DNA of 64,000 bases from Candidatus Moraniibacteriota bacterium (GTDB lineage Bacteria > Patescibacteriota > Minisyncoccia > Moranbacterales > UBA1568). The stretch is from positions 69,010 through 133,009 of the forward strand of contig JAUSGT010000001.1 in the NCBI GenBank assembly GCA_030648835.1, read 5' to 3'. Numbering within the stretch: the first letter of the stretch is position 1; each line of letters opens with the position of its first letter. The notes under the pieces are model-generated. The model worked only from the letters and a program-made list of their open reading frames with translations, had not been told where the DNA came from and did not search any database. Shown here piece by piece: positions 57,779 through 64,000 of this stretch. The position numbers and the translations under genes were made by a program.

Positions 57779-59020
57779 ATGAAATATACACATTTGAAAA
57801 AGCAGGATAGTGCTGTGTATAAGGCGCTTCTCGGTGAACAAAAGCGTCAGGAGGAAGGAGTGGAAATGATCGCATCGGAGAATTATGTTTCTGTGGCCGT
57901 GTTGGAAACGTTGGGAACCGTCTTTACGAACAAATACTCCGAAGGGTACCCAGGACGACGGTATTACGGTGGGCAGGAATTTACCGATGTGGTGGAGACG
58001 CTGGCAATTGAACGGGCGAAAAAACTTTTTGGAGCGGAACATGTCAATGTCCAATCGCATGCCGGCGCGCCGGCCAATTTGGCGGCCTACGCGGCCATCC
58101 TTAAACCGGGAGACACGGTGCTTGGGATGAATCTCTCGCATGGCGGACACCTGACGCATGGGCATCCGCTGACGCTTCCCGCTCAAATATATCGCTTTGT
58201 GGGCTACAAGACAGAAGCGGACGGAACGATTGATTACAAGAAATTGGAAGCGCTGGCAAAAAAAGAAAAGCCGAAGCTGGTCTTAGCGGGATTTTCGTCC
58301 TACACGCGGCAACTGGATTATGCCAAAATTTCCGCTATCGCCAAAAAAGTGGGAGCCTACTCCATGATGGATATGGCGCATATCGCCGGTCTGATAGCCG
58401 GGAAGGCCGTGCCGAATCCGGTGCCATATTTTGATATTGTGACGACGACAACTCACAAGACGCTCAGAGGTCCGCGAGGCGGGATGATTCTCTGTCGGGC
58501 AGAGTTAGCCAAGGCGATAGATAGAGCGGTATTTCCGGGGGTGCAAGGGGGGCCGCTCATGAATACTATCGCGGCCAAAGCGGTCGCTTTCGGTGAGGCA
58601 CTCCGGCCGGAGTTTAAGAAGTATGCCAGGCAAATTTTGAAGAACGCCAAAACACTGCAAAAAGAAATGGAAAAGTATGGGGCTCAAGTGCTTTTTGGCG
58701 GGACAGAAAATCATATGATTATGCTCGATGTCGTGAAGAGTTATGATGTATCGGGGAAAGAAGCGGAAAAGTATCTGGACGCGGTGGGTATCACTATCAA
58801 CAAAAATGTGGTTCCGGATGATCCGCGGGGTCCGATGGACCCGAGCGGCATACGTATCGGCGTGCCGGCAGTGACGACGCGGGGTTTCAAAGAAAAAGAA
58901 ATCAAACTGATAGCGAAATACATTCACCGAGCGCTGTCTTCCAAGGGAGAGGTGAAATTGTTGAACAACATCCACAAAGAAGTGAAGCAATTGTGTAAAA
59001 AATTTCCGGTATATCTATGA
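57779..59020 (+). CDS. glyA: Serine hydroxymethyltransferase
   Basis: MIASENYVS..., the PLP lysine region TTTTHKTLRGPRGG. Confidence 0.95.
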   Translation: MKYTHLKKQDSAVYKALLGEQKRQEEGVEMIASENYVSVAVLETLGTVFTNKYSEGYPGRRYYGGQEFTDVVETLAIERAKKLFGAEHVNVQSHAGAPANLAAYAAILKPGDTVLGMNLSHGGHLTHGHPLTLPAQIYRFVGYKTEADGTIDYKKLEALAKKEKPKLVLAGFSSYTRQLDYAKISAIAKKVGAYSMMDMAHIAGLIAGKAVPNPVPYFDIVTTTTHKTLRGPRGGMILCRAELAKAIDRAVFPGVQGGPLMNTIAAKAVAFGEALRPEFKKYARQILKNAKTLQKEMEKYGAQVLFGGTENHMIMLDVVKSYDVSGKEAEKYLDAVGITINKNVVPDDPRGPMDPSGIRIGVPAVTTRGFKEKEIKLIAKYIHRALSSKGEVKLLNNIHKEVKQLCKKFPVYL

Positions 59021-59811
59021 AAGGAATTATTTTGGCAGGCGGGACAGGAACGCGACTGTTACCGCTGACGGCGGTCACTTCTAAGCAACTGTTGCCGGTA
59101 TACGATCGGCCGATGATATTCTATCCCTTGAATACTCTTATCAAGGCGGGGATCAAAGACATCCTTGTTATTGTCGCCCCTGATCATTCGGGACACTTTT
59201 TGAATTTGCTGGGTTCGATGTTTGAAAAACTCGGTGTGCACATTTCCTTTATGGTGCAGAAACAGCCGCGTGGGTTAGCAGAAGCTTTCATTTTGGCCGA
59301 AGATTTCATCGATGGTGATGAGACAACGCTTGTTTTGGGGGATAATATTTTTGAAGATGATTTTACCGAAGCCATCCGGACATTCGCCGGTGGTGGGCGC
59401 ATTTTTGCCAAGGAAGTCACCGATCCGGAGCGTTTCGGCGTGGTGGAATTCGGTAGCGATCATCAGGTGCTGTCCATCGAAGAAAAACCGACTCATCCGA
59501 AAAGTAGTTTTGCCATTCCCGGTATTTATATTTTTGACGCTCTTGTGGTCGAGGCAGCCAAGGGGTTGACGGCCTCCGCTCGTGGCGAGTTGGAAATCAC
59601 CGATTTGCACAAGTATTATTTAGGTAAACAGGCGCTCGATGTTCGTATGATAGAAGGGGCATGGTTCGATACAGGGACGCCTGACTCCCTCTTGGCGGCG
59701 AGTGTTTTTGCCAAGGAACATAATTTTTCCGAGCGTTTTCATGCAATGGTCAATGAGGCTATTGTGGCGTTTAATGGCGAGTATAAGAAGATGGTTTCTC
59801 TCAAGAAGTAA
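59017..59811 (+). CDS. rfbA: Glucose-1-phosphate thymidylyltransferase
   Basis: MKGIILAGGTGTRLLPLTAVTSKQLLPVYDRPMIFYPL. Confidence 0.85.
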   Translation: MKGIILAGGTGTRLLPLTAVTSKQLLPVYDRPMIFYPLNTLIKAGIKDILVIVAPDHSGHFLNLLGSMFEKLGVHISFMVQKQPRGLAEAFILAEDFIDGDETTLVLGDNIFEDDFTEAIRTFAGGGRIFAKEVTDPERFGVVEFGSDHQVLSIEEKPTHPKSSFAIPGIYIFDALVVEAAKGLTASARGELEITDLHKYYLGKQALDVRMIEGAWFDTGTPDSLLAASVFAKEHNFSERFHAMVNEAIVAFNGEYKKMVSLKK

Positions 59812-59833
59812 TTCTTTTAAAAAATGTAGGCGT

Positions 59834-60721
59834 ATGCAAAATGAAGGACATCAAAAGGTAAAAAAAGCCATTATTCCGGTCGCTGGTTTCGGGACGCGCT
59901 TCTTGCCGGCCACCAAGGCTCAGCCGAAAGAGATGCTGCCAGTAGTGGACAAACCGGTAGTGCAGTATCTGGTTGAGGAGGCGGTAGCTTCCGGTATCGA
60001 AGAGATTATCTTCGTGACAGGGCGGGGCAAGCGGGCTATTGAAGACCATTTTGATGTTTCTTATGAATTGGAGGATACGCTGGTGGAAAAGAATAAGCAC
60101 GATCTCCTTGAGGTAGTCCAAAAAATATCGACACTGGCGAAGTTTTCTTATGTGCGTCAACCGGTGCCACTCGGTGACGGGCACGCCATACTGCAAGCGG
60201 CACATCTGGTGGATGACGATGAGTCGGTGCTTATTATTTTCGGTGACTGCATCTATGACAGTGTTGTACCGGCATCTCGCCAGTTGATCGAAGCGTATGA
60301 GAAATATCGGGCACCGATTATCGGTCTTTCGGAGGTGGCGGAGGAAGATGTGTCAAAATTTGGCGTGATTGACGGTGAGAAAGTAAGCGAATGCGATTGG
60401 AAGGTGACGCACATAGTGGAGAAACCAAATCCGGGAGAAGCGCCGAGTCGCGCAGTCGCGGTGGGAAAGTATATCATTACCAACGCGGTGTTCGATGTGT
60501 TGGCGAAAATGGAATCCGGAAAATCAGGCGAGATCCGTCTGGCGGATGCTTTTGATATTATGCTTGAGAGAGGGATGCCTCTGTATGGCCGGAAACTCGA
60601 AGGGGAGTGGCTCGACACCGGGGACAAGTTCAATTTTTTGAAGACGACCATCCATCTTGGGCTCAAGCATCCGGAAATTGGGGGAAAGTTACGTAGTTAT
60701 TTGAAAGGTCTCACATTGTAG
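59834..60721 (+). CDS. galU: UTP--glucose-1-phosphate uridylyltransferase
   Basis: KAIIPVAGFGTRFLPATKAQPKEMLPVVDKP. Internal ATG of the 59702 ORF. Confidence 0.85.
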   Translation: MQNEGHQKVKKAIIPVAGFGTRFLPATKAQPKEMLPVVDKPVVQYLVEEAVASGIEEIIFVTGRGKRAIEDHFDVSYELEDTLVEKNKHDLLEVVQKISTLAKFSYVRQPVPLGDGHAILQAAHLVDDDESVLIIFGDCIYDSVVPASRQLIEAYEKYRAPIIGLSEVAEEDVSKFGVIDGEKVSECDWKVTHIVEKPNPGEAPSRAVAVGKYIITNAVFDVLAKMESGKSGEIRLADAFDIMLERGMPLYGRKLEGEWLDTGDKFNFLKTTIHLGLKHPEIGGKLRSYLKGLTL

Positions 60722-60775
60722 TTTTGGTTCGGACATAACGAGAGAGATATTTTTTCAGGTGTCTCACAACACAGT

Positions 60776-61489
60776 ATGTACTGGATATACCTCACCCTCT
60801 TCATTCTCGTCGTTCTCACTCCGAAAATCATTCAGGAAGGAGCTCTTTTCCTTCGTGAGGAAGACGTGGAGTCGCTCATCATATTTTGTTTTGGGCTTTT
60901 CGGTTTTGTCCTCTATCTGGCGAAAGAAAAGGCGCTCCTTCGGGTTTTTCGGGAAAAGCTACATCTGCAGAAACGCGCCAATCTTATCACGAAGGACCTG
61001 TCCGATTCTTACTCATATATTGGTGGACTGAATCGGAAGTTCGATATCGTGAAAGACCTCATCTTCTATTTACCGAAAGACACGGCGGAAGTGCTTTCCA
61101 AAAGAGAACCGGAGACATACCAGCCGATTATTCAGGCCGTGAAGCTTCTGGCCAAAACGAAGACCGTATCGCTCCGTTTCGTCAACACGAAAACAAAAGA
61201 AGTCGAAAAAGTGGTGGAAGACGACTCGGAGAATGTTTTTTCCTCCTTTGACGCGAAAACGCTTGTGGCATCCAAAAAAACATTTTGGGAAGAGGGTAGC
61301 TCTGTCGTTGTGCGTTCACCGCGTCAGGCGAAGAGTATGGCGGCGTATATTATTTTCTCCAAAGCGACAAATCGTGTGGATGATATAGAAATTTTCAAAA
61401 TTCTTGCGTCACAGGCGTTGCTCTTATTCTGTGTCGATTGGTATAGTACGGGAGAAAGAAGAAACAAATCTCTTTCTGACCAGAAATAA
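60776..61489 (+). CDS. Hypothetical membrane protein (237 aa)
   Basis: Two N-terminal TM helices and a charged C-terminal domain. Confidence 0.5.
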   Translation: MYWIYLTLFILVVLTPKIIQEGALFLREEDVESLIIFCFGLFGFVLYLAKEKALLRVFREKLHLQKRANLITKDLSDSYSYIGGLNRKFDIVKDLIFYLPKDTAEVLSKREPETYQPIIQAVKLLAKTKTVSLRFVNTKTKEVEKVVEDDSENVFSSFDAKTLVASKKTFWEEGSSVVVRSPRQAKSMAAYIIFSKATNRVDDIEIFKILASQALLLFCVDWYSTGERRNKSLSDQK

Positions 61490-61494
61490 AATAT

Positions 61495-62670
61495 ATGCGT
61501 ATAGGTATTGATGCCCGTTTTTACGGTTCGGTCGGGAAGGGACTCGGTCGGTATACCGAGAAACTCATCGAACATCTGGAGAGTTTGGATACGGACAACG
61601 ATTACGTTGTTTTTTTACGCCGAGAGAACTTTGACGAGTATGTTCCGAAGCATGCGCGTTTTAGAAAAGCGTTGGCGCAGTATGCCTGGTACGGTTTTTC
61701 CGAGCAGTTGTTTTTCCCCTTTCGTTTGCTTTCTTTTCGTTTGGATCTCGTTCATTTTCCGCACTTCAATGTTCCTTTCCTCTACCCGAAAAGATTCATA
61801 GTGACTATTCATGACCTCATCCTTCTTCATTATCCGACATTTCAAAATACGACGAGAACGAAGTTTTTTTATTGGTTGAAGTTTGCGGCATATCGTTTTG
61901 TTATTGCTGCCGCCATCCGGCGCGCCCTGCATGTCATTGTTGTTTCGCATTTTACCGAGAGGGATATCCTGGATCGGTATCCGCGCGCGCGTGGCAAAGT
62001 GTCGGTAACGTATGAGGCTGCCGATGCGTCGTGTCAGATTCTTCCTACACAAAAGAGAGGACCTCTTTTTGACCGGCTCGGGTTGCTGCGAGGGGCTCCG
62101 GTGGATGCTCGTGGGGTCGTTACCCGTGATATACTGAAGCCATATCTTCTGTATGTAGGGAATGCTTACCCGCATAAAAATCTCGAGGCGCTTCTGCGGG
62201 TGGCCCCTCTTTTTCCGGCATATCAATTCGTGCTTGTCGGTAAGGAAGATTATTTTTATCGGCGTCTCAAAAAAACAGTCGAGGAACAAGCACTGCGCAA
62301 CGTCATTTTTGCGGGGTTTCTCGGTGATCAAGAACTGAGTACCTTGTATCGTTTCGCCCTTTGCTATGTTTTTCCGTCGCTCTACGAAGGCTTTGGGCTG
62401 CCGCCGCTCGAAGCGATGGCGCATGGGCTCCCAGTCCTCTCTTCTCGCTGTGGTTCGCTTCCGGAAATTTTGGGTGATGCGGCACGTTATTTCGACCCTC
62501 ATATGTCCGGTTCATTCGAGACTGAACTTTCGGAAATGCTGCGTTCGGAAGCCGTGCGGCAGGAACTCTCTCTTCGCGGTTATCGTCAAGTAGCTCGCTA
62601 CAGTTGGGATCGGATGGCTCTCGAGACGCTCCGACTCTATCGTCAAACTCGACCTGCCGGTGGGGCGTGA
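61495..62670 (+). CDS. Glycosyltransferase family 4
   Basis: MRIGIDARFYGSVGKGLGRY and a C-terminal EGFGLPPLEAMAHGLPV. Confidence 0.85.
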   Translation: MRIGIDARFYGSVGKGLGRYTEKLIEHLESLDTDNDYVVFLRRENFDEYVPKHARFRKALAQYAWYGFSEQLFFPFRLLSFRLDLVHFPHFNVPFLYPKRFIVTIHDLILLHYPTFQNTTRTKFFYWLKFAAYRFVIAAAIRRALHVIVVSHFTERDILDRYPRARGKVSVTYEAADASCQILPTQKRGPLFDRLGLLRGAPVDARGVVTRDILKPYLLYVGNAYPHKNLEALLRVAPLFPAYQFVLVGKEDYFYRRLKKTVEEQALRNVIFAGFLGDQELSTLYRFALCYVFPSLYEGFGLPPLEAMAHGLPVLSSRCGSLPEILGDAARYFDPHMSGSFETELSEMLRSEAVRQELSLRGYRQVARYSWDRMALETLRLYRQTRPAGGA

Positions 62671-63008
62671 AGATATCAAAAACAAAGATTAAAGAGATCA
62701 CAGTGGTTACTCCATATCGGCGACAACCTTCCCATATTTCCGATATCCAGTTGCCCAAGCGGCCGCCGGTTTCTTCGTGGCCGGAAGCAGAGCTCGGAAA
62801 AATAGACGAATGGTACATTTCTTCGCCGTCCGAACTTCCGTCTCGATCCGATTTACCCGAGGTGGAATCGTCTCGATTTGATCCGGCCCCGATTCGTTTT
62901 GATGAAGTGAACGAAACAGACAGTGAAGCTGTCCCGCCACGAGAGGCCCCCTTCTTGTCTCTCCTGTCGCAATATATTTCCGGTAGCGTTTCCTCTATCG
63001 GGAAAACG

Positions 63009-64000
63009 ATGTCTTTTTTCAGACGATTACGATATCCCGGTTTGATGGTCTTTTTGGCCTTTCTCATAGCCAGTGGGATATTTTTTGGGATGCGCAAGGT
63101 GACAGATGTGAGAAGTACCGTACTCCAAGATGGGGAAAACGGGTATGAAAATCTGTCCAAGGCCATGGAAAGTATGCAATCCGAACGTTTTGGTGTGTCA
63201 CTCAATCGTTTCAACGATGCGCATGAAGCATTTTCTCATGGAGTGGACAGTCTTTCTTTGTGGGGAGGATCGCTTCTCGATCTCACTCGTTTTGTCCCGG
63301 GGCTTTCCAAAGTAGCTTCAGGAAAATATATGTTGGAAGCCGGAAAGCATTTTGCCGCCGCCGGTATTCCGCTTGCCCGAATAACCGAAGAACTCGCGCT
63401 TTCCAAAGGAGCTTACACACAAGGGGAAAAAATTTCGCTTCTCAATCTTTTCAGGCGTATCAAGATACCGCTTGGTGGGGCTCTTGCCGAACTGGAAGCG
63501 GGAAATCAAGCGCTGAGAGAGGTGGATATCGAAGATATCCCCAAAGAGAAGCAGGCTCAATTCTCACTGGTGAAACAGAGCTTGCCGACATTTATCGGTC
63601 TGGTCAAAAGTTTTGATCAGCACGAGATGCTCTTTGAGGAGCTCCTGGGAGGCAATGGTCCGCGCAAGTATCTTTTTCTTCTTCAAAATAATCAGGAAAT
63701 GCGCGCCACCGGCGGTTTTATCGGAAGCTACGCGCTTATGGATATGGAAGACGGTGTCATGCGGCGTTTTTTTGTGGATGGCATTTTCAATCCCGATGGT
63801 CAGCTGAAAGAAAATATTGTGCCGCCGAAAGCCATACAGAAGGTGAGTGCCGCGTGGAGTCTCCATGACAGTAATTGGTTTCCGGATTTTCCCGTATCGG
63901 CAGAGAAGGCGATGTTTTTTTATGAAAAAACCGGTGGGCCGACGGTGGACGGTGTCATCACGCTGACGCCGACCGTTATGCAGAAACTGCTTTCCGTCAC
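63009..64000 (+). CDS. DUF4012-like membrane-anchored protein (3'-partial; not in ORF track because it has no in-window stop)
   Basis: Hand translation MSFFRRLRYPGLMVFLAFLIASGIFFG...YLFLLQNNQEMRATGGFIGSYALMDMEDG... runs open to the window end. The frame is also open upstream, with a possible GTG start at 62703. Confidence 0.55.
   Translation, partial: MSFFRRLRYPGLMVFLAFLIASGIFFGMRKVTDVRSTVLQDGENGYENLSKAMESMQSERFGVSLNRFNDAHEAFSHGVDSLSLWGGSLLDLTRFVPGLSKVASGKYMLEAGKHFAAAGIPLARITEELALSKGAYTQGEKISLLNLFRRIKIPLGGALAELEAGNQALREVDIEDIPKEKQAQFSLVKQSLPTFIGLVKSFDQHEMLFEELLGGNGPRKYLFLLQNNQEMRATGGFIGSYALMDMEDGVMRRFFVDGIFNPDGQLKENIVPPKAIQKVSAAWSLHDSNWFPDFPVSAEKAMFFYEKTGGPTVDGVITLTPTVMQKLLSV

Overview
This 64-kb window looks bacterial; a CPR/Patescibacteria-like source is my inference only. 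Coding density is high and almost every gene is on the + strand.

Left part (1–31.6 kb): a nucleotide-excision-repair neighbourhood with the uvrB 3' end, a class-II-like uvrA paralog that lacks the UvrB-binding domain, uvrC, and a canonical uvrA. These are interleaved with glycosyltransferases, a P-type ATPase and a type IV pilus operon (pilC, two prepilin-like genes, pilM/N/O-like). rlmN, a miaB-like gene, xth, rarA and pepA follow.

Middle part (32.2–47.65 kb): an accessory, defense-island-like region. It begins with a mosaic cassette zone (32.2–38.6 kb) built from four short repeat families. That zone holds a duplicated cupin gene, an ArsR regulator flanked by 28-bp perfect palindromes, a kinase-like/2H-phosphoesterase pair, an HTH-GHKL ATPase with a STAS-like DUF4325 partner, DUF3800, a PD-(D/E)xK nuclease, a MazG-like hydrolase and an AbrB-like small protein. 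An AT-rich island (about 38.6–47.65 kb) follows, carrying an M-R-M restriction-modification module with a Dam-like methyltransferase, a four-gene operon (SF2 DEAH helicase, ParB-like, PLD nuclease, TPR) and an AbiEii-like nucleotidyltransferase with no AbiEi partner.

Right part (47.7–64 kb): a GIY-YIG/CYTH pair, a dcw cluster (mraZ, rsmH, ftsL-like, ftsI, murF), a KH protein, the dTDP-rhamnose genes rmlC/B/D/A with glyA embedded, galU, a GT4 and a partial DUF4012 gene running off the end.

Other points: a ~145-bp MITE-like structured element occurs four times, and two of its copies bracket the canonical uvrA in inverted orientation. A GC-rich palindrome family has one copy inserted in-frame in uvrC. 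No rRNA, tRNA or CRISPR array was recognised. Coordinates I derived by hand (repeats, hairpins, promoters) may be off by 1–2 nt.
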